From the NCBI GenBank assembly GCA_000302695.1, contig AMFN01000002.1, positions 403,948 through 435,947 on the forward strand: a stretch of 32,000 nt of DNA, written 5' to 3'. Source of the DNA: Enterobacteriaceae bacterium LSJC7. Its GTDB lineage: Bacteria; Pseudomonadota; Gammaproteobacteria; Enterobacterales; Enterobacteriaceae. The notes beneath the pieces were generated by a model, which saw nothing but the letters and a program-made list of their open reading frames with translations, was not told where the DNA came from and made no database searches. The translations under genes were made by a program, and so were the position numbers. Positions within the stretch are counted from its first letter, which is position 1; every line of letters starts with the position of its first letter. Below are positions 1 to 11,552 of this stretch, piece by piece.

Positions 1-20
1 GAGGGTAAGCAAAGTAAGTA

Positions 21-46
21 CGAGCGCTTTTTCTGAACCGCGCTCG
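21..46 (+). terminator. Hairpin CGAGCGC-N12-GCGCTCG followed by GTGTTTG. Possibly the terminator of the gene upstream of the window (ihfB by E. coli synteny).
   Basis: 7-bp inverted repeat read directly at 21-27 and 40-46. The T tract is weak and the upstream gene is not visible in the window. Confidence 0.25.
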
Positions 47-114
47 GTGTTTGCGCATAACGCTAATGCAGAGAAAACAAGGAAAACGCAGACTGCCTGA
101 AACAGGGAGGCAAC

Positions 115-2376
115 GTGGTGTCTTTAACAGGGCTGTGTTTGAGCGTAATAGCAGGCATGCTGCCGTTACTGTGGCTGGCGGAGCTCCCGTCTACAGGCAT
201 TATCGGTCTGTTGATGGTGACTGCCGCGCTGGCATCCGTGCCAGCAAAACGCGAATGCCGCTACCTTGCGCTCGCGCTGTGGATGCTGTGCTGGGGGCTT
301 TTAGCGGCAAAGCAGGCGCTGTGGCCGGTACAGATGCTGAGTAATCGCACAGTGAATGCGGATGTGGTTATCAGCGCGACAACTGACGATAAGGTCAGCG
401 AATTACGTATTCAGCGTATCGACGGGCGTTGGTTGTTGCCACAGCCTGGCGTCAGGGTTTATCAGGCAGCACTTTCAAAGCCCGCCTGTTCCGGGCAACG
501 CTGGCGTATGGTGCTGCGTCTGACACCGGTACATGGCAGGCTTAACCGAGGTGGTTTTGACGCACAGCGCTATGCGCTGGCACAGCAGGTGACGTTGCGC
601 GGCAATATCATCAGTGCACAGCCCATATCAACGCAGTGTGACATACGTAGCCGCTTTATTGCGCGCATCACTGAGCAAAGTCAGTCTTTGCCCTGGCAAG
701 GCGTGCTGTTGGCACTTGGCTTTGGTGAGCGGATGGGGCTGAGTGAAGCAGACAGGGAGTTACTAAAAAACACCGGTACGGCACATTTAATGGCGATTTC
801 CGGGCTGCATATCGGGTTGTCTGGCGCAGTGGGTTGGCTGCTGGTGCGCCTTGTACAACGCATGTTACCCGCTCGCTATATCGGCTGGCGCCTGCCGCTA
901 TGCGGTGGGTTATTGATGGCCGTGGTTTACACCTGGCTTGCTGGCGCGCAACCGCCTGCGGTACGCACAATGCTTTCTATGCTGGTTTTTGGTGTGCTAC
1001 GCCTGAGCGGAATGCGCGTTAGCGGCTGGCAAATATGGCTCTCGTGTGTGGCGGTGATGTTGTTTGCTGAACCGCTGGCGCTGCTCTCTGACAGCTTTTT
1101 GCTTTCAATATCTGCCGTGGCGGGACTGCTGTTCTGGTATCAGTGGTTGCCGTTTACCAAAAAGAAGCTGCCCATTGGCGTGAAACAGGTTCTGTCTCTG
1201 GCGCATCTCCAGGCGGGGATGATGATGCTGTTGCTGCCAATGCAGGTGGCCATTTTTCACGGCATCAGTCTCAGTAACTGGCCGGCGAACCTGGTGGCCG
1301 TGCCGACAGTAACCTTCGTCACTGTACCACTGATTCTGCTGGCAATGATGCTGACGCCGTTTGCTGATGTTGCACGTCCATTGCTGACGCTGGCAGATAT
1401 GTCGCTGGAGTGGGTGTTTGCGTATCTGCGCGCGTTGCCAGACGTTTGGCTGGCACTGGATGAGCGCTATCTTTGGCTGAGCCTGGCTCCCTGGCTGCTG
1501 CTTATTGTATGGCGTTTTCGAAGCGTTCTGACGTGGGGGGCTTCTGTCGTGGTGCTGGCCGTTGCCATGTTTTATCCCTTCTGGCGCGAGAAGCCACCCA
1601 CCGGCTGGGCGTTGCATATGCTTGATATCGGCCACGGTCTGGCGCTGGTGGTTGAGCGTAACCAGCGCGCTATTTTATATGACAGCGGTGCCGCCTGGCA
1701 GGGCGGTGACAGCGGCAAGCAGGTCATTATTCCCTGGCTGCGCTGGCACCACCTGACACCGGAGCGTTTGATACTCAGTCATGCGCATCTCGATCACAGC
1801 GGTGGGTTAAAAAGCCTGCAAAGCGCCTGGCCTTTAATGGAGGTACAAAGTTCGCAAGGTGAAGAAGGGCACGTGCCTTGCTGGCAGGGCATGCGCTGGC
1901 ACTGGCAGGGGCTACAGTTTTCTGTGCACTGGCCGCCGCGCGGCTGGCAGGGCGCGGGCAACAATCGCTCCTGTGTCGTGATGATTGACGACGGTCAACA
2001 TCGTGTCCTGCTCACCGGTGATCTTGAGGCCTCCGCCGAGCTGGCGATGGTGCGCAGCCAGCGCGCACTTTTACAGGCAGATGTTTTGCAGGTACCGCAT
2101 CACGGTAGCCGAACCTCGTCGTCGCCTCTGCTGTTGCGCCAGGTATCGCCCTCGCTGGCACTGGCGTCGGTTGCGCGCTACAGCGCCTGGCGTTTACCGT
2201 CAACGGTCATCCTCAGGCGCTATCGCGAGCGGCACATCCGCTGGTACGACACGGCCCGTCACGGTCAGCTTACCGTGCGTTTTGGTGAGGGTGAACCGCA
2301 GGTTCAGAGCTTCAGAGAACAGATTTTACCGCGCTGGTATCATCAGTGGTTTGGCGTCATCCCCGTTAACAGGTAG
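115..2376 (+). CDS. ycaI: ComEC/Rec2-family inner-membrane DNA-uptake protein homologue (YcaI)
   Basis: 753-aa ORF with a GTG start. It has a polytopic hydrophobic core (…[15 protein letters not shown]…), a C-terminal metallo-beta-lactamase motif ([10 protein letters not shown] … VPHHGS), and the C-terminal end [14 protein letters not shown] as in E. coli YcaI. Its position upstream of msbA matches E. coli. Confidence 0.9.
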   Translation: MVSLTGLCLSVIAGMLPLLWLAELPSTGIIGLLMVTAALASVPAKRECRYLALALWMLCWGLLAAKQALWPVQMLSNRTVNADVVISATTDDKVSELRIQRIDGRWLLPQPGVRVYQAALSKPACSGQRWRMVLRLTPVHGRLNRGGFDAQRYALAQQVTLRGNIISAQPISTQCDIRSRFIARITEQSQSLPWQGVLLALGFGERMGLSEADRELLKNTGTAHLMAISGLHIGLSGAVGWLLVRLVQRMLPARYIGWRLPLCGGLLMAVVYTWLAGAQPPAVRTMLSMLVFGVLRLSGMRVSGWQIWLSCVAVMLFAEPLALLSDSFLLSISAVAGLLFWYQWLPFTKKKLPIGVKQVLSLAHLQAGMMMLLLPMQVAIFHGISLSNWPANLVAVPTVTFVTVPLILLAMMLTPFADVARPLLTLADMSLEWVFAYLRALPDVWLALDERYLWLSLAPWLLLIVWRFRSVLTWGASVVVLAVAMFYPFWREKPPTGWALHMLDIGHGLALVVERNQRAILYDSGAAWQGGDSGKQVIIPWLRWHHLTPERLILSHAHLDHSGGLKSLQSAWPLMEVQSSQGEEGHVPCWQGMRWHWQGLQFSVHWPPRGWQGAGNNRSCVVMIDDGQHRVLLTGDLEASAELAMVRSQRALLQADVLQVPHHGSRTSSSPLLLRQVSPSLALASVARYSAWRLPSTVILRRYRERHIRWYDTARHGQLTVRFGEGEPQVQSFREQILPRWYHQWFGVIPVNR

Positions 2377-2411
2377 AATGTGCGGCTATTTCAACTTTAG
2401 TTGGTTCGACA

Positions 2412-4160
2412 ATGCACAATGATAAAGATCTCTCCACCTGGCAGACCTTCCGCCGTCTCTGGCCGGTAATTGCACCGTTCAAACTGGGTCTGATCGTGGC
2501 TGGGGTTGCCTTAATCCTCAACGCAGCCAGCGATACTTTTATGCTATCGCTACTCAAACCGTTACTGGATGACGGCTTTGGCAAGACGGACCGTTCTGTA
2601 CTGATTTGGATGCCGCTGGTGGTCATCGGCCTGATGATTTTGCGCGGCATCACAAGCTTTGTATCCAGCTACTGCATCTCCTGGGTGTCAGGCAAGGTGG
2701 TTATGACCATCCGTCGCCGCCTGTTTAACCACATGATGGGAATGCCGGTCGCCTTCTTTGATAAGCAGTCAACCGGTACGCTGCTCTCGCGTATTACCTA
2801 TGACTCTGAGCAGGTGGCCTCTTCCTCCTCAAGCGCGCTGATAACGGTGGTGCGCGAAGGGGCATCCATCATCGGCCTGTTTATTATGATGTTTTATTAC
2901 AGCTGGCAGCTCTCACTGATCCTGATTGTGCTGGCACCGATTGTGTCCTTTGCTATTCGCGTGGTTTCTAAGCGTTTTCGTAGCATCAGCAAGAACATGC
3001 AAAATACTATGGGGCAGGTCACAACCAGTGCGGAACAGATGCTGAAAGGGCATAAAGAAGTACTGATTTTTGGCGGCCAGCAGGTTGAAGCCGAGCGTTT
3101 TAACAAAGTCAGTAACCGCATGCGTCTGCAGGGCATGAAACTAGTGTCTGCCTCGTCGATTTCCGACCCGATTATTCAGTTGATTGCTTCTCTGGCGCTG
3201 GCCTTTGTGCTGTATGCGGCAAGCTTCCCGAGCGTGATGGAAAACCTGACGGCGGGGACCATCACCGTTGTTTTCTCCTCCATGATTGCGCTGATGCGCC
3301 CGCTGAAATCGCTGACCAACGTTAACGCCCAGTTCCAGCGCGGGATGGCTGCCTGCCAGACCTTGTTCTCTATTCTGGATACCGAGCAGGAAAAAGACAG
3401 CGGCAGCCGTGAGATCACGCGTTCTAAGGGCGATATCGAATTTCGCAACGTCACTTTCACCTATCCGGGGCGCGATGTTCCGGCCCTGCGCAACATCAAC
3501 CTCACTATTCCAGCAGGTAAAACGGTGGCACTGGTGGGGCGCTCTGGCTCAGGTAAATCGACAATCGCCAGTTTGATTACCCGTTTTTACGATATCGATG
3601 AAGGCGAAATCCTGATGGATGGCCACGATATCCGCGAATACACGCTGGCATCCCTGCGTGACCAGGTGGCGCTGGTGTCGCAAAACGTGCATCTGTTTAA
3701 CGACACCATTGCCAACAACATCGCTTACGCACGTACTGAACAGTACACGCGTGAAGATGTGGAGAAGGCTTCACAGATGGCGTACGCCACCGACTTCATC
3801 AACAAGATGGATAACGGGCTGGATACCGTGATTGGTGAAAACGGTGTTCTGCTGTCGGGTGGTCAGCGCCAGCGTATTGCGATTGCGCGTGCGCTGCTGC
3901 GCGACAGCCCCATTCTGATTCTTGATGAAGCAACCTCGGCGCTGGATACCGAATCTGAGCGTGCGATTCAGGCAGCCCTCGACGAGTTACAGAAAAACCG
4001 TACTTCGCTGGTGATTGCTCACCGTCTGTCTACCATTGAACAGGCAGATGAAATCGTGGTGGTGGAAGACGGCAATATCGTTGAGCGCGGCACGCACAGC
4101 GCTCTGCTGGAGCAAAAGGGCGTTTACGCCCAGCTCCATAAGATGCAGTTCGGCGCATGA
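2412..4160 (+). CDS. msbA: Lipid A/LPS flippase, ABC exporter MsbA
   Basis: 582 aa. The N-terminus is [18 protein letters not shown]. Walker A is GRSGSGKST, the ABC signature is LSGGQRQR and Walker B is [12 protein letters not shown]. It is close to E. coli MsbA along its whole length. Confidence 0.97.
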   Translation: MHNDKDLSTWQTFRRLWPVIAPFKLGLIVAGVALILNAASDTFMLSLLKPLLDDGFGKTDRSVLIWMPLVVIGLMILRGITSFVSSYCISWVSGKVVMTIRRRLFNHMMGMPVAFFDKQSTGTLLSRITYDSEQVASSSSSALITVVREGASIIGLFIMMFYYSWQLSLILIVLAPIVSFAIRVVSKRFRSISKNMQNTMGQVTTSAEQMLKGHKEVLIFGGQQVEAERFNKVSNRMRLQGMKLVSASSISDPIIQLIASLALAFVLYAASFPSVMENLTAGTITVVFSSMIALMRPLKSLTNVNAQFQRGMAACQTLFSILDTEQEKDSGSREITRSKGDIEFRNVTFTYPGRDVPALRNINLTIPAGKTVALVGRSGSGKSTIASLITRFYDIDEGEILMDGHDIREYTLASLRDQVALVSQNVHLFNDTIANNIAYARTEQYTREDVEKASQMAYATDFINKMDNGLDTVIGENGVLLSGGQRQRIAIARALLRDSPILILDEATSALDTESERAIQAALDELQKNRTSLVIAHRLSTIEQADEIVVVEDGNIVERGTHSALLEQKGVYAQLHKMQFGA

Positions 4161-5134
4161 TTGAACGCATCTGGTCCGGTCAGTCTGCACTCTGGCGGCT
4201 GTTGCTGCCGCTTTCCTGGCTGTATGGCCTGGTGAGCGGCGCTATTCGCCTGAGCTATCGGCTGGGCCTGCGTAAGGCCTGGCGTGCGCCAGTGCCGGTG
4301 GTAGTGGTGGGCAACCTGACCGCTGGAGGCAATGGTAAAACGCCAGTCGTCGTCTGGCTGGTTGAACAGCTAACGCGGCGTGGCATTCGTGTGGGCGTGG
4401 TCTCGCGCGGTTATGGTGGCAAGGCAGAGCGTTATCCGCTGGTGCTCAATGGTGCGACCAGCACTGCACAGGCTGGTGATGAGCCGGTGTTGATTTACCA
4501 GCGCACCGGCGCGCCTGTGGCTGTTGCCCCGGTGCGCAGTGCAGCGGTACAGGCGTTACTTGCCGTTCATGATGTGCAGGTAGTGATTACCGATGATGGC
4601 TTGCAGCATTACGCGCTGGCGCGTGATAAAGAAATTGTGGTGGTTGACGGTGTGCGCCGCTTTGGTAACGGCTGGTGGCTGCCCGCAGGTCCCATGCGCG
4701 AACGTGCCGGACGCCTGAAAACGGTTGATGCTGTGATTACCAACGGTGGGGTTGCCAGGAGCGGTGAAATCACGATGCGTTTGCGCCCGGGGCTTGCCGT
4801 TAATCTACTGAGCGGTGAAAAGTGCGCGGTTGCTGAACTTACGCATGTGGTCGCCATGGCGGGTATTGGGCATCCACCACGTTTTTTCGCCACGCTTGAT
4901 GAGTGCGGACTGAGGCCAGAGAAAACCATCGCGTTAGCCGATCACCAGGCGTTGAGCGAGGCGCAGGTTGTTGGCTATTACCAGCCAGGTCAAACGCTGT
5001 TGATGACCGAGAAAGATGCGGTGAAATGCCGCAGTTTTGCCCGTGAAAACTGGTGGTATCTCCCGGTTGAGGCCAACATGCACGGCCCGCAGGCAGAAAA
5101 CCTGCTCACCGAAATCATTGCGCTGACGCGCTAA
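4157..5134 (+). CDS. lpxK: Tetraacyldisaccharide 4'-kinase LpxK
   Basis: 325 aa. It has the P-loop [12 protein letters not shown] and the motif DDGLQH. Its start overlaps the msbA stop (ATGA), as in the E. coli msbA-lpxK operon. Confidence 0.95.
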   Translation: MIERIWSGQSALWRLLLPLSWLYGLVSGAIRLSYRLGLRKAWRAPVPVVVVGNLTAGGNGKTPVVVWLVEQLTRRGIRVGVVSRGYGGKAERYPLVLNGATSTAQAGDEPVLIYQRTGAPVAVAPVRSAAVQALLAVHDVQVVITDDGLQHYALARDKEIVVVDGVRRFGNGWWLPAGPMRERAGRLKTVDAVITNGGVARSGEITMRLRPGLAVNLLSGEKCAVAELTHVVAMAGIGHPPRFFATLDECGLRPEKTIALADHQALSEAQVVGYYQPGQTLLMTEKDAVKCRSFARENWWYLPVEANMHGPQAENLLTEIIALTR

Positions 5135-5189
5135 GGCGCAGCTTTTATCATCTGGCTGGCCGACCGCGCATCGGCCTTCAGGAGATGCT

Positions 5190-6431
5190 GTGCCCATTCC
5201 TCAACTCTCACTGCGCGCTGCCCGCCATCTTCATCTCGCAGCCCAGGGGCTGCTGCAAAAACCGCGCCGCCGGGCGCGTGAGCAGGATGTTCCGGCCGCT
5301 ATTTCCCGCATGTCTTTGCTGCAAATCGACACCATTAACGTGGTGGCGCGTAGCCCTTATCTTGTGTTGTTCAGCCGTCTCGGTGACTACCCTCAGATCT
5401 GGCTGGAAGAGGCGCTGGCGCGCGGTGATATTTTTGAGTACTGGGCGCATGAAGCCTGCTTTTTGCCGCGTGAGGATTTTGGCCTGGTGCGCCATAACAT
5501 GCTGCAACCCGAAAATATGGGCTGGAAATATCGTACTGCCTGGATGCAGGAGCATGAGCAGGACATTGCGCAACTGCTTGAGCACGTGCGTCTCAACGGA
5601 CCGGTGCGGTCTGCGGATTTTGAGCATCCGCGTAAAGGTGCGGGAGGCTGGTGGGAGTGGAAGCCGCACAAGCGCCATCTCGAAGGCCTGTTCACGGCCG
5701 GCAAACTGATGGTTAAGGCGCGTCATAACTTCCAGCGTATCTACGATCTTACCGAGCGCGTGCAGCAGCAGTGGGACGACGGCCGCGATTTGCCATCACG
5801 CGAGGAAGCACAGCGCCAGATGTTACTCAACAGCGCGCGCAGTCTGGGAGTGTTTTTACCGGCCTGGCTTGCCGATTACTACCGCCTGCGCAACGTAGCA
5901 CTGGCACCGCTACTGGCGCAGTGGCAGGAGCAGGGGGAAATTATGGCTGTGGAGGTGGAGCGGCTTGGTGCCATGTGGCTGCATCGTTCGCTGGAGCCGC
6001 TGCTGGCACGGGCACAGGCAGGTACGCTGCGCGCCACGCACAGCACGGTACTGTCGCCATTTGACCCGGTGGTCTGGGACAGAAAACGCGCTGAGCAGTT
6101 TTTTGATTTCCGCTATCGGCTCGAATGTTACACGCCAGCACCAAAGCGCCAGTACGGCTATTTTGTGCTGCCGTTGTTACACCGTGGCGCCCTGGTAGGA
6201 CGAATGGATGCCAAAATCCACCGCAAGGCGGGCTATCTTGAGGTCATTAATCTCTGGCTGGAAGAGGGAATAAAGCCGGGTACAGGCCTTGCCACCGGGC
6301 TTGGCACAGCGCTGGATGACTTTGCACGCTGGCAGGGGGCGCGTGAGATTCGTTTTACTTCCTTGCCTGATTTTCTGGCCCAGAGCTGGGGCAAACACCG
6401 GGAAATCCCCGGCAGCTCTGTGTTATTCTGA
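5190..6431 (+). CDS. ycaQ: YcaQ-family winged-helix DNA glycosylase (interstrand-crosslink repair)
   Basis: 413 aa. The GTG start has GGAG 5 nt upstream. Conserved blocks include [57 protein letters not shown] and [24 protein letters not shown], matching E. coli YcaQ. Confidence 0.9.
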   Translation: MPIPQLSLRAARHLHLAAQGLLQKPRRRAREQDVPAAISRMSLLQIDTINVVARSPYLVLFSRLGDYPQIWLEEALARGDIFEYWAHEACFLPREDFGLVRHNMLQPENMGWKYRTAWMQEHEQDIAQLLEHVRLNGPVRSADFEHPRKGAGGWWEWKPHKRHLEGLFTAGKLMVKARHNFQRIYDLTERVQQQWDDGRDLPSREEAQRQMLLNSARSLGVFLPAWLADYYRLRNVALAPLLAQWQEQGEIMAVEVERLGAMWLHRSLEPLLARAQAGTLRATHSTVLSPFDPVVWDRKRAEQFFDFRYRLECYTPAPKRQYGYFVLPLLHRGALVGRMDAKIHRKAGYLEVINLWLEEGIKPGTGLATGLGTALDDFARWQGAREIRFTSLPDFLAQSWGKHREIPGSSVLF

Positions 6432-6466
6432 GCGCCTCTCGCTCCCCGGTCCATTCTGGAGGAATT

Positions 6467-6649
6467 ATGGATCACCGCTTGCTTGAAATTATCGCCTGCC
6501 CGGTTTGCAACGGGAAACTCTGGTTTAACAAAGAGACGCAGGAACTCATTTGTAAGTCCGACGCACTGGCTTTCCCACTGCGCGAGGGTATTCCGGTATT
6601 ACTGGAAAATGAAGCGCGTTCACTTAGCGTTGAAGAGAGCAAACCATGA
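6467..6649 (+). CDS. ycaR: Trm112-family small zinc-ribbon-like protein YcaR
   Basis: 60 aa, starting [18 protein letters not shown]…[11 protein letters not shown]. It overlaps the kdsB start by 4 nt. Confidence 0.9.
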   Translation: MDHRLLEIIACPVCNGKLWFNKETQELICKSDALAFPLREGIPVLLENEARSLSVEESKP

Positions 6650-7392
6650 GTTTTGTGGCCATTATCCCTGCGCGTTACGCATCGACGCGCCTGCCCGGTA
6701 AGCCGCTCAAAGACATTAACGGTAAGCCGATGATTGTGCACGTGCTGGAGCGCGCCCGCGAGGCCGGTGCTTCACGTATTATCGTGGCAACGGATCATGA
6801 CGATGTGGCACGTGCGGTAGAGGCCGCTGGCGGCGAAGTGTGCATGACACGCGCGGATCATCAGTCTGGCACTGAGCGGCTGGCTGAAGTGGTGGAGAAG
6901 TGCGGCTTTGCAGACGATACGCCAATCGTTAACATTCAGGGTGACGAGCCCACGATCCCGCCGGTTATTGTGCGCCAGGTCGCCGAAAACCTGATTGCCA
7001 GCAATGCCGGTATGGCGACGCTGGCGGTACCTGTTCACGATGCGCAGGAGGCTTTTAATCCCAACGCCGTGAAAGTCGTTCGCGATGCGCAGGGTTACGC
7101 GCTCTATTTTTCTCGCGCCACCATCCCGTGGGATCGCGACAGATTTGCCGAATCCCGCGATAACATCGGTGACACGCTGCTGCGCCACATCGGCATTTAT
7201 GGCTACCGTGCGGGTTTTATCCGCCGCTACGTGAGTTGGGCGCCAAGCCCGCTTGAGCGCATTGAAATGCTCGAACAGCTGCGCGTGCTGTGGTACGGCG
7301 AAAAAATCCACGTTGATGTGGCAAAGCAGGTACCCGGTACCGGCGTTGATACGCCGGAAGATCTTGAGCGCGTACGCGCGGAAATGCGTTAA
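6646..7392 (+). CDS. kdsB: 3-deoxy-manno-octulosonate cytidylyltransferase (CMP-KDO synthetase)
   Basis: 248 aa, starting [21 protein letters not shown] and containing NIQGDEP and [14 protein letters not shown]. This is the canonical KdsB. Confidence 0.96.
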   Translation: MSFVAIIPARYASTRLPGKPLKDINGKPMIVHVLERAREAGASRIIVATDHDDVARAVEAAGGEVCMTRADHQSGTERLAEVVEKCGFADDTPIVNIQGDEPTIPPVIVRQVAENLIASNAGMATLAVPVHDAQEAFNPNAVKVVRDAQGYALYFSRATIPWDRDRFAESRDNIGDTLLRHIGIYGYRAGFIRRYVSWAPSPLERIEMLEQLRVLWYGEKIHVDVAKQVPGTGVDTPEDLERVRAEMR

Positions 7393-7402
7393 ACCGTCAT
7401 TC

Positions 7403-7434
7403 CAGAGAGAGCCGCCGCTCTCTCTGCCACTTTT
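7403..7434 (+). terminator. Rho-independent terminator of kdsB
   Basis: Perfect 10-bp stem CAGAGAGAGC (7403-7412) pairs with GCTCTCTCTG (7417-7426) around a 4-nt loop. It is followed by CCACTTTTGG and lies 11 nt after the kdsB stop. Confidence 0.8.
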
Positions 7435-7662
7435 GGTGCCGTTAAACCGTTCTTTCTCGCCACCTCTCCCTGAGTACTAATGTCCTTAACGCGCAGCGGG
7501 TATCACGCAGTCGGAGCTATCACTTGCCCTTATTACCGCAGGGGGGTGCCAGACGATTTATGGCTATTTCTTGCGAAGGCGCCTCGCTTTTGATCTTGCC
7601 TGGTGACATTCGTCAGAGGCAGGCACATCATAAAGGCAGGTTTTTCATGAGGGATAGTGCGA

Positions 7663-8553
7663 ATGGAGCGACTGCGTGCTGAACTGAGCCATTTGCTGGG
7701 CGAGCCGCTGAGCCGGATGGAATGTATCAGCAAGACACCGGAAAACTCATTGTGGTCGCTGTACGACGAGCGGGGGCAGCCGATGCCGCTGTTAGCAAAA
7801 TGCTACACCTCACCGGACCTTGCTGCTCGCATCGCCTGGAAAATGTCGTTACTGGCGCGTCATGCCACCGTGCGGGTGCCGGTGGTTTACGGTGTGATTA
7901 CGCATGATAACAGTGCAGCGCCGGACGTGCTGCTTATTGAGCGCTTGCGCGGAGTGTCGGTTGAAGCTCCCACGCGCACGCCGCAGCGCTGGGAGCAGCT
8001 TAAGGACCAGATTGTTGAAGCGCTGTTGAGTTGGCACCGGGTGGACAGCCACGGCTGCGTCGGAGATGTAGACAGCACGCAGGAAAACCTGTGGTCCGAC
8101 TGGTATCGTCAGCGTGTCGAGGTATTGTGGAGCACGCTCAATCAGTTTCAGAGCAGCGGACTGAGCATGCAGGATAAACGCATCCTTTTTCGCACTCGCG
8201 AAGCGCTGCCGCAATTGTTTGATAATTTCAGCGATGGCTGCGTGCTGGTACATGGCAACTTTACGCTGCGCAGCATGCTTAAAGATGCGCGCAGCGATCA
8301 GCTGACCGCAATAGTCAATCCAGGGGCGATTCTCTGGGCGCCGCGGGAATATGAACTGTTCCGTTTGCAGGAGCAGGGGCTACCGGAAAGTCTGCTGTGG
8401 CACTATCTCCAGCGCGCACCGGTGGCCGAAGCATTCATGTGGCGGCGCTGGCTGTATGTGTTGTGGAGTGAAATTGCGCGGCTGGTAAGCTGCGGGCGCA
8501 TGAACCGGCCCGCGTTTGACGCTGCCGCAAAAGCGTTACTCCCCTGGCTGTGA
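7663..8553 (+). CDS. ycbJ: YcbJ, putative phosphotransferase/kinase-fold protein
   Basis: The track ORF starts at GTG 7657. I prefer ATG 7663 (MERLRAELSHLLGE…, matching the E. coli YcbJ N-terminus MEQLRAELSHLLGE), with GAGGGA 8 nt upstream. The product is 296 aa. Confidence 0.85.
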   Translation: MERLRAELSHLLGEPLSRMECISKTPENSLWSLYDERGQPMPLLAKCYTSPDLAARIAWKMSLLARHATVRVPVVYGVITHDNSAAPDVLLIERLRGVSVEAPTRTPQRWEQLKDQIVEALLSWHRVDSHGCVGDVDSTQENLWSDWYRQRVEVLWSTLNQFQSSGLSMQDKRILFRTREALPQLFDNFSDGCVLVHGNFTLRSMLKDARSDQLTAIVNPGAILWAPREYELFRLQEQGLPESLLWHYLQRAPVAEAFMWRRWLYVLWSEIARLVSCGRMNRPAFDAAAKALLPWL

Positions 8554-9312
8554 GGTCGCGGCCTTAAGCTTCTGCCAGATTCTGCCAAGCGTTTCATATA
8601 CGACGCGGTCGCTGTGCATCAGCCAGACTGGTGAGGGGATTATGCGCTCATGCGTTTGCAGCGGTGAGGTGATGGCCAGCTGATTCGCCGGAGCTGGAAT
8701 CGGCTGCAAACCTTGCTGGCGAAAGAACACCACTGCCCGCGGCAGATGCGAAGCGGACGTTACCAGCAGGAACGGTTGCTGACCGAGTGTTTTTGCCACA
8801 GCGGCGGCTTCTTCCTCGGTATCTTTGGGATTATCCAGCGTAATGATATCCGCGCGCGGTACACCGAGACTTTGCGCCACGCGGGCACCGGCTTCTGCGG
8901 TGCTGACCGGGTTACCGGGTGCGGCGCCACCGGTAAAAATCATTTTTGCACCGGGGTTAGCAAGCCACAGGCGCACGCCTTCTGCGACGCGTGGCAGACT
9001 ATTGTTAGTAAGGTTAGAACTGGGCGCCCAGTCCGGGTTCCAGGTATAGCCGCCGCCGAGTACCACGATGTAATTGACCTTCTCACCGCCGCGCCAGGTT
9101 GGATAGCTGTCCTCAATGGGTTTGAGCATTTTATCGGCCACGGGTTGCAGGCTAATGAGCAGCAGCGTGAGCCAGCTTAAGGTCAGCAGCGTGCGAGCAC
9201 TTTTCTGCCAGCGGGTAAACCACAGCAGCGCAATGGCAACTCCCATCAGAAGCAACAGAAAAGGCAGTGGCAACAGCAGGCCACCAACGTATTTCTTAAG
9301 CATAAAAAGCAT
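8536..9312 (-). CDS. elyC: Envelope biogenesis factor ElyC (YcbC), DUF218 membrane protein
   Basis: 258 aa. It has an N-terminal TM segment (MLFMLKKYVGGLLLPLPFLLLLMG…) and the blocks YIVVLGGGYTWNP and LLVTSASHLPRA. The arrangement convergent with ycbJ matches E. coli. Confidence 0.9.
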   Translation of the reverse strand: MLFMLKKYVGGLLLPLPFLLLLMGVAIALLWFTRWQKSARTLLTLSWLTLLLISLQPVADKMLKPIEDSYPTWRGGEKVNYIVVLGGGYTWNPDWAPSSNLTNNSLPRVAEGVRLWLANPGAKMIFTGGAAPGNPVSTAEAGARVAQSLGVPRADIITLDNPKDTEEEAAAVAKTLGQQPFLLVTSASHLPRAVVFFRQQGLQPIPAPANQLAITSPLQTHERIIPSPVWLMHSDRVVYETLGRIWQKLKAATSQPGE

Positions 9313-9446
9313 CGTGCTTTGTTCCTTTTTTAGCCATCCAGAGGAGAAATCCCCGTGATATTACACCAGAAGGATTCATTCTCGCCTCGGGTATGACAAA
9401 ATAGCGGTTTTGCATCATGGGCGCTTGTGTTCAGGGAGTTCAGGCG

Positions 9447-10226
9447 ATGAACGATCGCAATTTCGACGACATTGCCGAAAAATTTGCGCGCAACATCTAC
9501 GGCACAACAAAAGGACGATTGCGTCAGGCCATTTTGTGGCAGGACCTGGAGCCGCTGCTGGCGCAACACGCCTCCCGCCGTTTGCACATTCTTGATGCAG
9601 GCGGTGGAGAAGGGCACAACGCTTGTCGCCTTGCCGAGCTGGGCCATCGTGTTACGCTGTGTGATTTATCTGCGGAAATGGTAGCGCGTGCGCGCCTCAA
9701 TGCGGATGAAAAAGGTGTGAGCGGGAACATGCATTTTGTACATTCTTCCGCCCAGAATGTTGGCGAGCATTTGGAAAGCCAGGTTGATCTGATATTGTTC
9801 CATGCGGTGCTGGAATGGGTTGCCGATCCCTGCGCTATGCTGGAGACACTGTGGTCATATCTGGCCCCCGGCGGCGCACTGTCGTTGATGTTCTACAATG
9901 CTAACGGTCTTCTGATGCACAACATGGTGGCGGGAAACTTCGACTATGTGCAGCAGGGGATGCAAAAAAAGAAAAAACGTACCCTTTCGCCCGATCATCC
10001 TTTAGCGCCGGAGCAGGTTTACCGCTGGCTGGAGCAAATTGGTTGGCGTATTGAGAGTAAAACCGGGGTTCGTGTGTTCCATGATTATCTGCGTGAAAAG
10101 CATCGGCAGCGCGACTGCTTTGACCAGCTTCTTGCGCTCGAAACGCAATACTGCCGTCAGGAGCCCTGGATAAGCATGGGGCGTTATATTCATGTGATTG
10201 CGCAAAAGCCGGAGAATCAGGGATAA
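9447..10226 (+). CDS. cmoM: tRNA cmo5U methyltransferase CmoM (SmtA), SAM-dependent
   Basis: The track ORF (9417) has a 10-codon extension. ATG 9447 gives MNDRNFDDIAEKFARNIYGTTKG, matching the E. coli SmtA start, with GGGAG upstream. The SAM motif is ILDAGGGEG. It is the first gene of the smtA-mukFEB operon. Confidence 0.9.
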   Translation: MNDRNFDDIAEKFARNIYGTTKGRLRQAILWQDLEPLLAQHASRRLHILDAGGGEGHNACRLAELGHRVTLCDLSAEMVARARLNADEKGVSGNMHFVHSSAQNVGEHLESQVDLILFHAVLEWVADPCAMLETLWSYLAPGGALSLMFYNANGLLMHNMVAGNFDYVQQGMQKKKKRTLSPDHPLAPEQVYRWLEQIGWRIESKTGVRVFHDYLREKHRQRDCFDQLLALETQYCRQEPWISMGRYIHVIAQKPENQG

Positions 10227-10229
10227 GCT

Positions 10230-11552
10230 ATGAGTGATTTTTCCCAGACAGTACCTGAACTGGTTGCCTGGGCCAGAAAAAACGATTTCTCCATCTCGCT
10301 GCCGGGCGAAAGGCTGGCATTTCTGCTCGCCGTCGCCACGCTCAACGGCGAGCGGCTGGATGGTGAACTGACCGAAGGCGAACTGGTTGACGCCTTTCGC
10401 CATGTCAGCGACGTTTTTGAACAGAGCAGTGAAACTATTGCCCAGCGCGCCAACAACGCCATTAACGATATGGTGCGCCAGCGCCTGTTTAACCGCTTTA
10501 CCAGCGAACTGACTGAAGGCAACGCCATTTATCGCCTGACGCCGCTGGGTATTGGCATTACCGACTACTATATTCGCCAACGTGAATTTTCCACGCTGCG
10601 TCTGTCTATGCAGCTGTCGGTGGTGGCAGGTGAACTGAAAAGCGCCGCAGATTCCGCCGCCGAGGGCGGTGATGAATTTCACTGGCATCGCCACGTCTTC
10701 GCACCGCTTAAATATTCGGTCGCGGAGATTTTCGACAGCATCGATTTGACCCAGCGCGTCATGGACGAGCAGCAGCACCAGGTGAAAGAAGACATCGCCT
10801 CACTGCTCAATAAAGACTGGCGCGCTGCCATTTCCAGTTGCGAACTGCTGCTGTCAGAAACCTCCGGGACGCTGCGCGAGTTGCAGGATACGCTTGAGGC
10901 CGCAGGCGATAAACTGCAGGCCAATCTGCTGCGTATCCAGGAAGCGACGATGGGCATGGATGACCTGCATTTCATTGACCGGCTGGTGTTTGATTTGCAA
11001 AGCAAACTGGACCGCATTACCAGTTGGGGCCAGCAGGCTATCGATTTGTGGATTGGCTATGACCGCCACGTGCATAAATTTATCCGTACCGCTATTGATA
11101 TGGATAAAAATCGCGTCTTCGCCCAGCGCCTGCGCCAGTCGGTGCAAAACTACTTCGATGCGCCGTGGGCACTGACCTACGCCAGCGCCGATCGCCTGCT
11201 GGATATGCGTGACGAAGAGATGTCGCTGCGCGATGAAGAAGTGACCGGCGAGTTGCCGTCTGAGCTGGAGTTTGAAGAGTTTAACGAAATTCGCGAGCAG
11301 CTGGCAGCCATGATTGAAGCCGCGCTGGCGGTCTATAAAGCCCAAAATGCGCCTCTCGACCTCACGATTGTGATGCGCGAATATCTGGCGCAGTATCCTC
11401 GTGCCCGCCATTTTGATGTAGCGCGCATCGTCGTTGACCAGGCCGTGCGCCTGGGCGTTGCCGAAGCCGATTTTATTGGCCTGCCCGCCTCGTGGCAGCC
11501 GATTAATGATTACGGAGCCAGAGTACAGGCGAATGTCATTGACAAATATTGA
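10230..11552 (+). CDS. mukF: Chromosome partition protein MukF (kleisin)
   Basis: 440 aa, running from [25 protein letters not shown] to QANVIDKY. It is close to E. coli MukF throughout. Confidence 0.97.
   Translation: MSDFSQTVPELVAWARKNDFSISLPGERLAFLLAVATLNGERLDGELTEGELVDAFRHVSDVFEQSSETIAQRANNAINDMVRQRLFNRFTSELTEGNAIYRLTPLGIGITDYYIRQREFSTLRLSMQLSVVAGELKSAADSAAEGGDEFHWHRHVFAPLKYSVAEIFDSIDLTQRVMDEQQHQVKEDIASLLNKDWRAAISSCELLLSETSGTLRELQDTLEAAGDKLQANLLRIQEATMGMDDLHFIDRLVFDLQSKLDRITSWGQQAIDLWIGYDRHVHKFIRTAIDMDKNRVFAQRLRQSVQNYFDAPWALTYASADRLLDMRDEEMSLRDEEVTGELPSELEFEEFNEIREQLAAMIEAALAVYKAQNAPLDLTIVMREYLAQYPRARHFDVARIVVDQAVRLGVAEADFIGLPASWQPINDYGARVQANVIDKY

Noticed and set aside
51-344. 97-aa ORF overlapping the ycaI start. 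Over-extended track starts were also seen for mukE (11434), mukB (12194), asnS (25137), pncB (26534), cmoM (9417) and ycbJ (7657).
   Set aside because: The orthologous N-termini and better-placed SD sequences support the internal starts. The extensions run into upstream genes or intergenic DNA.
7480-7593. 37-codon ORF (MSLTRSGYHAVGAITCPYYRRGVPDDLWLFLAKAPRF) in the 270-bp kdsB-ycbJ spacer. It ends at a weak hairpin GCGAAGGCGCCTCGC followed by TTTT.
   Set aside because: It has only a weak GAG upstream and no visible promoter between the kdsB terminator and the ATG. The hairpin is imperfect, with a tiny loop. The region is more likely the ycbJ promoter and leader. It is worth only a glance in Ribo-seq data.
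9961-9975. An A7-G-A6 run inside cmoM encoding KKKK, which could be a slippage or phase-variation tract.
   Set aside because: The KKKKR peptide is conserved in E. coli SmtA/CmoM as I recall it. The tract is interrupted, and it sits in a housekeeping tRNA-modification gene with no sign of frame disruption.
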